Of a DNA stretch of 64,000 bases, positions 29,301-38,257 are shown piece after piece. Source of the stretch: Candidatus Latescibacterota bacterium. GTDB lineage: Bacteria; Latescibacterota; UBA2968; UBA8231. The stretch lies in NCBI GenBank assembly GCA_965221775.1, contig CBDCSU010000006.1, forward strand, positions 416,001 to 480,000. Direction: 5' to 3'. Position numbers and translations under genes: made by a program. How positions within the stretch are numbered: the stretch's first letter is position 1; each line of letters opens with the position of its first letter. The notes under the pieces are model-generated. The model did no database searches, was not told the origin of the DNA, and saw only the letters and a program-made list of their open reading frames with translations.

Positions 29301-29822
29301 ACGGAGGAGCCCGCCGACTACCGCATCTCATGGGCCAAGGAGAGCGAGAGTTTCAAGACCTGGACCGACAACACCGGCAACGCCTTCCCCACCGAACCTT
29401 CCTACACCATCACCGGCTTGGAGGGGGGCGAGAGGCACAAAGCCATGGTGCGCGCCCGATTTGGCGGCTCCTCAGGGGATTGGAGTGGGGAGGCCGTCAT
29501 CACCGTCATGGAGTCGCAGACGTCCAAGCCCGTGGTGCCACGTCTGCCCTTCGGGCTGGGGGAGAACTATCCCAATCCGTTCAATCCCGAAACCCGGATC
29601 GCCTATACCCTGTCCACGGCCGGTCCTGTGGAGTTGGCCATTTACAATGTCCTGGGACAGCGGGTACGCATCCTGGTGAGGGAGATACAGGCCGCAGGCA
29701 GCTATCAGGTTGCCTGGAATGGGCGCAAGGACAGCGGTGCACCTGTTGCCAGTGGGGTGTATCTGTATCGGTTGTCCAGTACACAGGAGGTGCAGACGCG
29801 GCGTCTGTTGCTTCTGAAATAG
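26394..29822 (+). CDS. Secreted GH16 glycoside hydrolase with four FN3 and three PKD/REJ-like Ig repeats and C-terminal FlgD-Ig domain
   Basis: WSDDFNG, YGYFEA, SAFW, EIDILE catalytic motif; NYPNPFNPET...ASGVYLYRL tail; start uncertain (in-frame ATG also at 26271). Confidence 0.88.
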   Translation: MAHNRRSRWNWSPFPFPGTRARAIVARVVPLFLLFHPHVADAVPPPPPVGKRWVLVWSDDFNGTTLDASKWNHRSEAFRSERRQSGHRIRWRYEHDNVSLRDSYLVLRNTRDPLITDGADLVKAAAIDSKGKFEQTYGYFEASVRIAPTADGMHSAFWLQNDNRYRTAADGGIDGPSDGAEIDILESVYTSDRYVWAVHWEGNSIHADEEFAPMHDGQFHVFAVAWTPDSYTFYADGQRMAQTSQGVSHSDGYVILSTGVSWQQGNARAGTFPNEALVDWVRVYELQDIPADPPQESTVVLEPPDPRGTRDIGRITLVSSQPGTIQASWEAPSEAPANYRLSWAKAGEEFKTWTDQSGNAFPTATSHTITGLEEGEEYKAMVRASYNGTAGDWSDQVSITVAASPPANDAPTADAGSDQTVQEGSAVTLSGTAYDADNDTLTYQWTHDRDELDISLSDPASLSTTFAAPQVGSDATITFTLAATDEHGDTGSDFVAITVQDTSSEPPQGNTVVLEPPDPRDSRDIGRITLVSSQPGTIQARWEAPREAPANYRISWAKAGEEFKTWTDRSGNAFPTATSQTITGLEEGEEYKVMVLASYSGTAGDWSGQVSITIAASSANDAPTADAGADQTVQEGSAVTLSGTASDPDNDTLTYQWTHDRDDLGISLGDPAALSTAFTAPQVGSDATITFTLTATDEHGDTGADFVAITVQDTSSGPPQVNTVVLEPPDPRGTRDIGRITLVSFQPGTIQASWEAPSEAPANYRISWAKAGEEFKTWTDRSGNAFPTATSQTITGLEEGEEYKVMVRASYSGTAGDWSSQVVITVPGHAANDAPTADAGADQTVQEGSAVTLSGTASDPDNDTLTYQWTHDRDELDISLDDPAALSTTFTAPQVDSDTTITLTLTATDEHGATGSDAAAITVQDTSSDPPQGNTVVLEPPDPRDSRDIGRITLVSSQPGMIQASWEAPTEEPADYRISWAKESESFKTWTDNTGNAFPTEPSYTITGLEGGERHKAMVRARFGGSSGDWSGEAVITVMESQTSKPVVPRLPFGLGENYPNPFNPETRIAYTLSTAGPVELAIYNVLGQRVRILVREIQAAGSYQVAWNGRKDSGAPVASGVYLYRLSSTQEVQTRRLLLLK
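27270..29510 (+). repeat. Intragenic tandem repeat, ~636-639 bp unit x ~3.5 (FN3+PKD module)
   Basis: Unit starts at ~27270, 27909, 28545, 29181 (CCGCC(G/A)CAGG...GTCGTGCTGGAGCC), near-identical DNA. Confidence 0.95.
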
Positions 29823-29904
29823 CGCGTCCGAAGCGGACATACTACCGCCCGCAGCATACGGACAGTAACGTCCGGGCGGCCGGACCCAGGCATCGGAGCG
29901 ACTC

Positions 29905-31398
29905 ATGATCGAGGTACAGAACGGCCTACCCCATCCGAGGGTGGACGAAGCGGTGCTGTTCCCCTTCGACAGGGACAGCATCCCCTTCACGGCGGGGCTG
30001 CGGCTGCACATGATGAGCGGCAAGGCCAGGGGGCCCGAAACGCTGGTCGTGAAGCCGGGGCCCGAGGGCGCCCACGACGACATGCGGGTCCGGTTCTACG
30101 GGTCGGTGATCCCCTTCGGCGACGAGCTGCGCATGTGGTACCTGGGCAGCGGCCGCCGCGACGGGTTCCGCTCCCATCGCGTCTGCTACGCCGTCAGCCG
30201 CGACGGGCTCCACTGGGAGAAGCCGGACCTCGGCCTGGTGGACTACCACGGCAGCACGAGAAACAACATGGTCGACCTGCGGGGCGGCGCCCCCGACGTG
30301 CTCGCCATGCCCGTGCTCCACGACCCGGACGACCCCGACCCGGAGCGGCGCTTCAAGCTCGCCTTCGAGTGCCGCGGCTACGAGAACAAGAGCCTCGCCG
30401 TGGCCTTCAGTCCCGACGGTCTGCGCTGGACGGAATCGCCGCGCAACCCGGTGGGACCGATGCTCGAGCTGAGCGGCATCATCCGCTTCAACGGCTGCTA
30501 CTACGTCAACGGCCACGGCGGCTTCCACTTCGGCACCCCCCGCGATCTGGTGACCTGCGCCTCGTACGACTTCGAGCACTGGACCGAAGCCACCGCCCTC
30601 GGCTTCCAGAAAGACCGCCTGCCCCTGCTCGACATGGCCGGCATCGCCACCGGCGGCAACTCCGGCGAGCAGGTCCACCTCGGCGCCGGCCTGTGGGACC
30701 GCGGCAACGTCATCCTCGGCGTCTACGACATCTGGCACGGCCACCCGTCGGGCGACCGCAAGCTGGTAGCCATGGACCTCGGCCTGGTGATAAGCCACAA
30801 CGCCATGCACTACCACGAGCCCATCCCCGACTTCCGGCTGGTGCCCGCCGCCGAGGAGCAGGGCGGCGACGGCGCCCTCTTCCCGCAGGAAGGCATGCCG
30901 CCGATCATCGGCGGACCGGCGCTGACTCGCGGCCAGGGGATGTGCAACTGGGGCGACGAGACCTTCCTCTACTACAGCGTCTGGACCACCGGCGGCGTGC
31001 GCCTGGCGCGCTGGCCGCGCGACCGCCTCGGCTGCTTCCGCGCCTTCGAGCCGGAGGAGTTGGGCCGGCGCCCTCCGGCGCGATGGGAGAACGCCGCCCG
31101 CCACTGCATCACCTGTCCCATACGCGCCGGCGACGGGCCGGCGCGGGTCCACGCCAACGTCGACGGTGTGGGCGAGCACGCCGCGATCACGGTGGAGATT
31201 CTGGACGAGCGCTTCCGGCCGCTGTCCGGCTGGTCCGGCGACGCCTGCATCCCCCTGCGGGAGCCGGGTCTGCGGCAGCCGGTGCTCTGGAAGGACCGGG
31301 ATTCCGCGAGCGGGATCGACGGCCCCTTCCGCCTGCGCGTCACCTTCGACGGGCTGCGGCGCCACGACGCCCGGCTGTACGCGCTCTACGTGGGCTGA
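29905..31398 (+). CDS. Predicted five-bladed beta-propeller glycosidase-like protein (GH32/43/130 clan)
   Basis: YGSV...LRMWY, YAVSRDGLHWEKP, AFSPDGLRW repeats. Confidence 0.65.
   Translation: MIEVQNGLPHPRVDEAVLFPFDRDSIPFTAGLRLHMMSGKARGPETLVVKPGPEGAHDDMRVRFYGSVIPFGDELRMWYLGSGRRDGFRSHRVCYAVSRDGLHWEKPDLGLVDYHGSTRNNMVDLRGGAPDVLAMPVLHDPDDPDPERRFKLAFECRGYENKSLAVAFSPDGLRWTESPRNPVGPMLELSGIIRFNGCYYVNGHGGFHFGTPRDLVTCASYDFEHWTEATALGFQKDRLPLLDMAGIATGGNSGEQVHLGAGLWDRGNVILGVYDIWHGHPSGDRKLVAMDLGLVISHNAMHYHEPIPDFRLVPAAEEQGGDGALFPQEGMPPIIGGPALTRGQGMCNWGDETFLYYSVWTTGGVRLARWPRDRLGCFRAFEPEELGRRPPARWENAARHCITCPIRAGDGPARVHANVDGVGEHAAITVEILDERFRPLSGWSGDACIPLREPGLRQPVLWKDRDSASGIDGPFRLRVTFDGLRRHDARLYALYVG
31312..31391 (+). 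repeat. Direct repeat copy 1 (~80 bp; 3' end of the 29905-31398 gene)
   Basis: GGGATCGACGGCCCCTTCCGCCTGCGCGTCACCTTCGACGGGCTGCGG...GCTCTACGT recurs at 33096-33174. Confidence 0.9.
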
Positions 31399-31446
31399 GG
31401 CGTGCGCCAGTTGAGCGTCGGAGCCAGGCAACCGAGGATTCTCCTC

Positions 31447-33072
31447 ATGCGCTCGACGATCCTGCGATCAGGAATGCTCCTGGTACTGGCTTCCGCAGTC
31501 ATGGCGGAGACCGAACTCTTCTTCGCCGCCGGCGTCGATAGCACAGGCTGGGCACAGGCGCAGAGCAACGCCGACGGCCACGTGCTGATCGAGTCGCCGG
31601 AGTATCCGCGCGGCCTGTGGCTGCACCTGGTTGATGAAGCAGGGGATGCGCTGGCCGGCATTCAGGTCGAGTACCAAGGCCGACCCGACAGCTTGGTGGC
31701 GATGCGCTGCGTCGATTCGGCCGGAGATGTGCAGGAGACGCTGGTGTGGACCCGGCCCGATGACATCCCCTTGCGCCTGACATTGAGACCCGGAGAAGCC
31801 ACTGACCTGCCAGCGGGACTTGCCGCCGTTGATTGGCAGATTGCCCCGGCCGCTGCATCTCTACTGAAGCCAACGGATGAGACCCGGCTGACCGGCTGGG
31901 AAGCCGTGGCGGCTTTTCTACGGGAGCGCTGGCAGGGACGGAGCGGGCGAGCAACCGTTCAATTCGAGGCCGAGGTCCTGGCGGTTGAACTGGATCACCC
32001 GGAGGCCATAGACCATTTGGTGACCTACCTGCAACAGTTGCAGGCGACAATGGGCGACAGGCGAGAGAGCACCGCCCTGGTCGTCCAGACTGGAAAGCCA
32101 TCTGCCGGGCCTCTTGGTCCATGGGAAAGCGTGATCTTCCAGGTTGCTCTCTTCGCCGACGCCAATCTGGAGAGGGTGATACGGGAGGAACTGGGGCGAC
32201 CGCAAGGCCGCCTCACACCGGGGGATATCGCCTCCCTGACCCGTGTCAGGGCCCGAGACAGGTCCATTGTCAGTCTATCAGGTCTCGAGAACTGCACGGC
32301 TCTGCAATCGCTGTGGCTGAGTAGCAACCAGATTGTTGATCTGACCCCGCTGGCCAACCTGACCAACCTGAAAGAGCTGAGTCTGGGCACCAACCAGGGG
32401 CTTGTGGACATCAGGCCTCTCGCCAACTTGACCAATCTGGAAGAGCTGCACTTGGAAAACAACTGGCGAATCGCGGATTGGGGACCGCTGGCCAGCTTGA
32501 TCAACCTGCAAGTGCTGAGCCTGAATTCCACTTTGGCGGACTGGGGGCCGCTGTTCAACATGAGCAACCTGCAGACACTGTGGCTGGGTAGCAACCACCT
32601 GTCGGATTTGAAGCCGCTGGCCAGCTTCCATAGCCTGCGTAGACTGGGTTTGTACAGTAACCGGATATCGGATCTGAAGCCGCTGGCCAACCTGGCCAAC
32701 TTGGAAGATCTGGATTTGCGGAACAACCAGATTGCAGAGGTGGGGCCGCTGGCCGACTTGACTGACCTGGAATCGCTGAATCTGTGGAGAAACCAGGTTG
32801 CGGAAGTGGAGCCGCTGGCCAGTTTGGCCAATCTGGATCGTCTGGTGATAGGGGAGAACCAGATCAGGGATGTGACGCCGTTCCTGGGCTTGACGGGACT
32901 GTCCTATCTGAGTTTGGAAGACAACCAGATTGAAGACCTTTCGCCCCTCGTCGCAAACAACGGCCTGAGCCGGGGCGATAGTGTAGTTCTGACCGGCAAC
33001 CCCCTCAGCGACCGGGCCAGGAACATCCAGATCCCGGCCTTGAGGGAAAGAGGCGTCGACGTCCGGTACTAG
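31447..33072 (+). CDS. Secreted internalin-like leucine-rich-repeat protein
   Basis: Signal peptide; FADANLERVIR cap; ~11 LRRs of ~22 aa (L..L.L..NQI.DL.PLA.L.NL); LTGNPLS C-cap. Confidence 0.9.
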   Translation: MRSTILRSGMLLVLASAVMAETELFFAAGVDSTGWAQAQSNADGHVLIESPEYPRGLWLHLVDEAGDALAGIQVEYQGRPDSLVAMRCVDSAGDVQETLVWTRPDDIPLRLTLRPGEATDLPAGLAAVDWQIAPAAASLLKPTDETRLTGWEAVAAFLRERWQGRSGRATVQFEAEVLAVELDHPEAIDHLVTYLQQLQATMGDRRESTALVVQTGKPSAGPLGPWESVIFQVALFADANLERVIREELGRPQGRLTPGDIASLTRVRARDRSIVSLSGLENCTALQSLWLSSNQIVDLTPLANLTNLKELSLGTNQGLVDIRPLANLTNLEELHLENNWRIADWGPLASLINLQVLSLNSTLADWGPLFNMSNLQTLWLGSNHLSDLKPLASFHSLRRLGLYSNRISDLKPLANLANLEDLDLRNNQIAEVGPLADLTDLESLNLWRNQVAEVEPLASLANLDRLVIGENQIRDVTPFLGLTGLSYLSLEDNQIEDLSPLVANNGLSRGDSVVLTGNPLSDRARNIQIPALRERGVDVRY

Positions 33073-33075
33073 CCT

Positions 33076-33101
33076 GATCCCGTCCGAAGGGGACGGGGAT
33101 C
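33076..33101. terminator. Hairpin after LRR gene
   Basis: GATCCCGTCC-GAAGG-GGACGGGGATC stem-loop. Confidence 0.55.
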
Positions 33102-33174
33102 GATGGCCCCTTCCCGCCTGCGTCACCTTCGACGGGCTGCGACGCCACGACGGCCGGCTGTACGCGCTCTACGT
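33096..33174 (+). repeat. Direct repeat copy 2 (degenerate duplicate of upstream gene 3' end)
   Basis: Matches 31312-31391 with 3 substitutions and 2 small indels. Confidence 0.9.
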
Positions 33175-34965
33175 CGCCTGCGCCCCTCCCGACGCCCCGA
33201 AACGCCGCTCCGCCACCGCCCGCGCCAGATCCGCCCGGGTCACGCGATCAACGCGGTCGGCGCTCAGACCCGCCTCCCCCAGCAGGGCGTTGGCCTCTTC
33301 CGCGCTCAGAAGCCGCTCCGGCTCGAAGTGCAGGTGGTCCTCGGCGCCCGGCCACAGTCCCTCCAGCGCCAGGAGCTGACCGGCCGCGAAGGCGGGATGC
33401 CCCTGGGGCAGGTCGTCGTACCAGTAGAGGGGAACCCCCGTGTCGAGCAGCTGCCGCTGGAAGACGCGCAGCAGACCGGCGTCGTCGAGTACGGCACCCG
33501 GCTTGACGGCGCGGCCCAGGCAGAAGGCGGCGAGGGCACCGGCGGCCTCGCCGATGTTCCACTCGATGGGTTGCAGGCGGTAGCAGCCGTTGGTCATGTG
33601 GGTGACGCCGAGGTTCTTGCAGGCGGGCAGCAGGTTGTCGGCGTCGGCCGGCAGCAGGGCGCCGAGGGGGACCTGGAAGGGCAGGGTCGGCCCGGTGGCG
33701 GCCACGTCGCCGGGCACGCCGTGGATGTCCATGGGATAGTGGCCGATGCCGACGCTGTCGGCGAAGGGCTCCGCGCGGGCGCCGGTGCGCAGGCGGGCGA
33801 GCACGTCCTGCTGCAGAACCGTCCGGCGGGCGAGGATGCGGCGGGACTCGCGGATGTAGGGGTACTGCGACAGTCCGTCGGCGGTGCCCATGACGTCGGG
33901 GCGCAGGCGCATCTCCGGATAGCCGCGGCCCTGGCCGTCGTCGCGCGGGACCTCGGTCTGCAGCCAGTAGAGCAGCCCCAGGCTCAGCTCCTTGGCCTTG
34001 CGCAGCAGACCGGCCCTCTCCGCGGGAGCCGCGTCGATGATGTTGCCGCCCTTGAAGTCGTTGCCCGCCCAGTTGATCATGGCCAGGTCGCCGTCCACCT
34101 GGCCGGGGGCGAACTGGTCGGCGGCCACCAGGCGCCGGTAGGTCCAGAAGGAGCCGGGCAGGTCGGTGACATCCTCGAAGATCTTGTAGGTCAGGTCGCG
34201 CTCGCCGTAGCGCAGGGTCAGTGTGTAGGGCTGGTGGTCGCGGTTGTGCTCGTAGCCGGGAGGCCGCGGGATGGTGTGGTCCTGGCCGGGGCAGAAGTCG
34301 ACGGCGAAGGGAAAGGTGAAGGTCTGCACCAGGGCGGGGTCCGGTCCGTCGGCGCGGGCGTCGGGCTCGCCGGTCCGGTCCCGCGACTCGGCGCCGCTGG
34401 CGTACGGCAGGTCGAGCATGGGCAGCAGATCGCCCAGCTCGGTGGCGTCGAGGTAGTATGAGGCGCGGAAGCGGAGGTGGCGTTGGCGGCCGGGCTGGGC
34501 GACGGTGACGGAGGTGATGGTCGTGCCGTCGCGCCGGGCGCCGATGGGCCAGGCGTTGGGGTAGATCCGCAGGCGGCCGGCCTCGACCTGGGGCTCGAGC
34601 ATGCGGCGGAGGGCGGCCAGGCCGGCGCGCGGCTCGAAGCAGAGGCGGCTCACCCAGCCGTCGCCGGGATTGAAGAAGGGGGCGGTCTCCGCCTTTCCGG
34701 AGAGCGGGTAGCGGTTCCTGTAGTGATCGCGGATCCCCTCGCGGAACTCGTAGTAGAGGGAGGTGGCCCCGCAGCTCTCGATGTACTGGTGCTCGTCGAG
34801 GGCCGAGACGCCCTGGGAGGTGCACTGGCCGCCGAGCCAGGGGGTCTCCTCGGTGAGGCAGACCCGGTACCCGAGGCGGGCGGCGCGGAGGGCGGCCGCG
34901 CAGCCGCCCAGGCCTCCGCCGACGACGAGGATGTCACATTCGACTTCTTGCGTTGGCAGGTGCAT
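33169..34965 (-). CDS. FAD-dependent oxidoreductase (PF12831-like family)
   Basis: GGGLGG, WLGGQCTSQG, DATELGDLL, YIRESRR, DSVGIGHY.MDIH, YRLQPIEWNIGEAAG. Confidence 0.88.
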   Translation of the reverse strand: MHLPTQEVECDILVVGGGLGGCAAALRAARLGYRVCLTEETPWLGGQCTSQGVSALDEHQYIESCGATSLYYEFREGIRDHYRNRYPLSGKAETAPFFNPGDGWVSRLCFEPRAGLAALRRMLEPQVEAGRLRIYPNAWPIGARRDGTTITSVTVAQPGRQRHLRFRASYYLDATELGDLLPMLDLPYASGAESRDRTGEPDARADGPDPALVQTFTFPFAVDFCPGQDHTIPRPPGYEHNRDHQPYTLTLRYGERDLTYKIFEDVTDLPGSFWTYRRLVAADQFAPGQVDGDLAMINWAGNDFKGGNIIDAAPAERAGLLRKAKELSLGLLYWLQTEVPRDDGQGRGYPEMRLRPDVMGTADGLSQYPYIRESRRILARRTVLQQDVLARLRTGARAEPFADSVGIGHYPMDIHGVPGDVAATGPTLPFQVPLGALLPADADNLLPACKNLGVTHMTNGCYRLQPIEWNIGEAAGALAAFCLGRAVKPGAVLDDAGLLRVFQRQLLDTGVPLYWYDDLPQGHPAFAAGQLLALEGLWPGAEDHLHFEPERLLSAEEANALLGEAGLSADRVDRVTRADLARAVAERRFGASGGAQAT

Positions 34966-35012
34966 AGGCAGCTAGTTTGCTCCCGGACCGAATATCGACG
35001 AAGGAGACGCCG

Positions 35013-35807
35013 ATGCCCCTGACTTCAGAACAGAAGACCCACTTCGAGGAAAACGGGTTCCTGCCCTATCACCGTGTCCTCTCCGACGACGAGCTCGAGG
35101 CCCTGCGCCGGCGCAGCGAGGAGATCGTCCGGGGCGAGGCCCCCCACGTCCCCGAGGAGTACGTGCAGCTGGAGATCGCTTTCCGCAACGGGGAGACCGA
35201 GGTCGACCGCCTCGACCAGGTGCGCAAGATGACTCACCTGAGCTACTTCGATCCCTTGTTCGAGGCCGTGGCCCGCAAGGCGGAGATCGTCGACGTCATC
35301 GAGGAGCTGCTGGGACCCGACATCAAGCTCTACTGCGACCAGCTGATGATGAAGGCCCGCCATCACGGCACGGTCACCGACTGGCACCAGGACTCGGTGG
35401 CCTGGCCCCAGTTCGCGCCCCAGGACCACGTCTCGTGCTGGGTCGCCATCGACGACGCCACCGTGGCCAACGGCTGCATGACCATGCTGCCGGGCAGCCA
35501 CAAGTGGGGACCGATCGGGAAGGAGCAGAGAACGCTCTTCGTGGACAATCCCCTGGTCGCCGACCCCGTACCGGTGGAGCTGCCCGCCGGCTCCTGCCTG
35601 TTCCACCACGGGCTGAACTTCCACCGCACCGGCGCCAACCCCACCCCCCACCGGCGGCGAGGCCTGGCCCTCCACTACCTCAGCTCCGAGACGATGTACC
35701 TCGGCATCGAGAACGAGGAGCACCGTCTGAAGATGGAGTGCGGCAAGCCGCGGGGTGAGTTCCGCTTCATGCTGATCCGGGGCCGCGAGTTCGAGGGGCG
35801 CGTCTAG
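35013..35807 (+). CDS. PhyH family dioxygenase
   Basis: FEENGF, WHQD, NGCM.MLPGSH, FHH..FHRTGAN; AAGGAG RBS. Confidence 0.9.
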   Translation: MPLTSEQKTHFEENGFLPYHRVLSDDELEALRRRSEEIVRGEAPHVPEEYVQLEIAFRNGETEVDRLDQVRKMTHLSYFDPLFEAVARKAEIVDVIEELLGPDIKLYCDQLMMKARHHGTVTDWHQDSVAWPQFAPQDHVSCWVAIDDATVANGCMTMLPGSHKWGPIGKEQRTLFVDNPLVADPVPVELPAGSCLFHHGLNFHRTGANPTPHRRRGLALHYLSSETMYLGIENEEHRLKMECGKPRGEFRFMLIRGREFEGRV

Positions 35808-35880
35808 GCTCCAGCCCGCAGTCGCGCCCCTTGCGAGCCCGGCGCCCTCGCGTGTACGCGGTCCGTGCACGCGCAGGCAC

Positions 35881-37047
35881 TCAGCGGATGCCCAGAGCGT
35901 CGTCGATCTCGGCCTGGTAGCCCTCCAGCTCGCCGGCCTCGACCTCGGCCAGGCTGACGGGCCGCTTGAACCACTCCGACTCGAGCACCGCCATGCAGAT
36001 CGCCTGCGAGCGGTAGCCCTCCAGGCCGTCCACCTCCGGCACTCCCCGGCCCCGGGCCGCGTCGGCGAAGTCCTTCAGCTCGGTGGCGATGGGGTCCTCC
36101 ACGCCGCCGGGGAAGAGCCGCTCCCTCTCCTCCTCCGACAGGCTGCCCCGGTACTCCGCCACCAGCTCTTCGTTGGGCGTGTTCCTCCCGTCGCGGGTCC
36201 ACAGGCCGCTCTGCCAGTCGATGCAGCCCTCGCTCCCGTAGATCGCCCGCCTTCCGAACTCCCGCCCCGGCGCCGAGCCCTGCCACGTCCACTGCACCAC
36301 GGCGCCGCCGTCGAAGTCGATGAGCGCCATGGCGCAGTCCTCCACGTCCACCGGCCAGGCGCCTTCGCGCTCCACCGGACGGTCGTAGCGGTACGGCTCG
36401 AAGCTGCGCACCCGCGCCATCACCTGCTGCGCCTCGGCCCCGAGGTGATAGCGGAAGAGGTCGGTGAAGTGGACGCCGCCGTCGAGGAGCCACCCGGCCC
36501 CGGCTTCGCGCTTGAAGTTGCGCCAGCCCCACTTGCCCATCTGCATGCCGGTGTCCTGCCAGTAGAAGGTGCGCGGCCGGCCGATGCGCCCGGCAGCCAC
36601 CGCCCAGGCCCGGGCCCGCTCCCCCGGCGAGCGGCGGTAGTTCTCGGCCACGGCGAGCTGGCAGCGGTTGTCCACCGCCGCCTCGAGGATCTGGCGGCCG
36701 GCGCGCAGGGTGATGGCCAGCGGCTTCTCGATGCTGACGTGCTTGCCCTCCTCCAGACAGGCCACGGCGAGAACGTGGTGCTGCGAGTGGGGGACACAGA
36801 TGTCCACGGCGTCGAGCCCGTCGACGCCCATGAGCATCTCGTCCACGTCGGTGTGGATCTCCGGCTTGTGCTTCTGGAAGCCGGCGACCTCGCCGGCCCG
36901 CTGCCGCGCCGCCTCCTCCACCTGGTCGCAGCAGGCCACCACCTCGATGTCGTCGATTCCGGCTTTCCGCAACCCCTGCAGGCCCTGCACGTGGGCGCCG
37001 GCCATGCTGCCGCAGCCGACGAGAGCCAACCGCAACTGTTCCACCAT
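35881..37047 (-). CDS. Gfo/Idh/MocA oxidoreductase
   Basis: VGCGSMA, GKHVSIEKP, AENYR, DGGVHFTD. Confidence 0.9.
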   Translation of the reverse strand: MVEQLRLALVGCGSMAGAHVQGLQGLRKAGIDDIEVVACCDQVEEAARQRAGEVAGFQKHKPEIHTDVDEMLMGVDGLDAVDICVPHSQHHVLAVACLEEGKHVSIEKPLAITLRAGRQILEAAVDNRCQLAVAENYRRSPGERARAWAVAAGRIGRPRTFYWQDTGMQMGKWGWRNFKREAGAGWLLDGGVHFTDLFRYHLGAEAQQVMARVRSFEPYRYDRPVEREGAWPVDVEDCAMALIDFDGGAVVQWTWQGSAPGREFGRRAIYGSEGCIDWQSGLWTRDGRNTPNEELVAEYRGSLSEEERERLFPGGVEDPIATELKDFADAARGRGVPEVDGLEGYRSQAICMAVLESEWFKRPVSLAEVEAGELEGYQAEIDDALGIR

Positions 37048-37056
37048 GTCTCTCCG

Positions 37057-38211
37057 TCAGGGTTCGATGGTGTAGCGGGCCACGGCCTCTTCGTCCAGCT
37101 CGATCCCCAGCCCGGGGCCGTCGGGGACACTGGCAAAGCCGTCGTCCACCACCACCGGCTTGCTGGCCAGCTCCGTCATCATCGGGCTCGGACCGTGGTG
37201 CCAGTCCTTCATCGCTCCCCGGGGGGTGATGGGGTACTCGCACAGGAATCCCCGGGGCATGGCCGCCACGAGGTGAATGCTGGCGGCGAAGTTGACCGCC
37301 GTGCCCCAGTTGTGGGGCACCACCGGGATGTTCGCCAGTCTCGCCATCTCGGCGATGCGCCGCGCCTCGGTGAGCCCTCCCACCCACGACAGGTCGGGCT
37401 GCAGCAGGTCGACGGCGCGGTGCTGGATCAGGTCGCGGAAGGCGAAGGCCGTCAGGTCCGACTCCCCGGCGGCGATGCGCACGTTGGTACGGGCGGTGAG
37501 CTCGGCCATGTTGGCGGCGTCGTCGGCGCTCGACAGGGGCTCCTCCCACCAGTAGATGCCGGCGCCCGAGTCCTCGATCATGCGCGCCGTCTGCAGGGCC
37601 TCGGCGAGACTGGCGGGACGGCCGAGATCGAGCATGAGATCGACCTCCTCCCCGGCCCGGGCGCGGATCTCCCGCAGGATGGCCGTGTCCCGCGAGGGGC
37701 GGTGGCCGAAGTCGGGCCAGCCCCAGTACTTGATCGCCCCGTACCCCTGGCCGGCGTACTCCTCCGTGGAGACGTAGGCCGGCTCGGGACGGGCGCTGTC
37801 GACCCAGATGCTGCTCACGTAGACCTTGACGCGCTCGCGGAAGCGGCCCCCCAGCAGATCGCACAAGGGGATGCCCAGGGTGCGCGCCGCGGCGTCGTGG
37901 ACGGCCATGTCGATGGCGCTCATGGCGTGGACCATCATGCCGCGGCGGTCGTAGAGGCGCTCACAGGCGTCGTACATCCGCTCCCAGACGACGGCCGTGG
38001 CCAGGACCTCCTGGCCCACCGCCTCCTGCGCCAGGCGGCGGTCGATCAGCTCCCTGGCGGCGAAGACGCCGCTGCCGTCGCTGTCGGGGACGAAGCACTC
38101 CCCCAGGCCTTCGACGCCTGCGTCGGTGCGCAGGCGCACCAGCACCCAGCCTCCGTTGGGATACTCGTACGACTTCAGGACGTGGGCGGTGACTTCCGTG
38201 ATCCTCGCCAT
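37057..38211 (-). CDS. Mandelate racemase/muconate lactonizing enzyme (enolase superfamily)
   Basis: LRTDAGVEGLGE, SAIDMA, LLGG, WWEEP, AAGE, LQPD, VPH, PGLGIELDE. Confidence 0.9.
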   Translation of the reverse strand: MARITEVTAHVLKSYEYPNGGWVLVRLRTDAGVEGLGECFVPDSDGSGVFAARELIDRRLAQEAVGQEVLATAVVWERMYDACERLYDRRGMMVHAMSAIDMAVHDAAARTLGIPLCDLLGGRFRERVKVYVSSIWVDSARPEPAYVSTEEYAGQGYGAIKYWGWPDFGHRPSRDTAILREIRARAGEEVDLMLDLGRPASLAEALQTARMIEDSGAGIYWWEEPLSSADDAANMAELTARTNVRIAAGESDLTAFAFRDLIQHRAVDLLQPDLSWVGGLTEARRIAEMARLANIPVVPHNWGTAVNFAASIHLVAAMPRGFLCEYPITPRGAMKDWHHGPSPMMTELASKPVVVDDGFASVPDGPGLGIELDEEAVARYTIEP

Positions 38212-38257
38212 ATGTGTTCCTTTACCGGCCCCGCCAAACCAGGCCTGGAGGCCGCCA

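Noticed and set aside
27270-29510. Repeat array as CRISPR or mobile element
   Set aside because: Units are ~636 bp, in frame, encode protein domains and have no spacers.
32290-32960. 66-bp periodic CCGCTGGCC repeats
   Set aside because: Explained by 22-aa LRR coding; no reverse transcriptase or template-repeat pair to suggest a diversity-generating retroelement.
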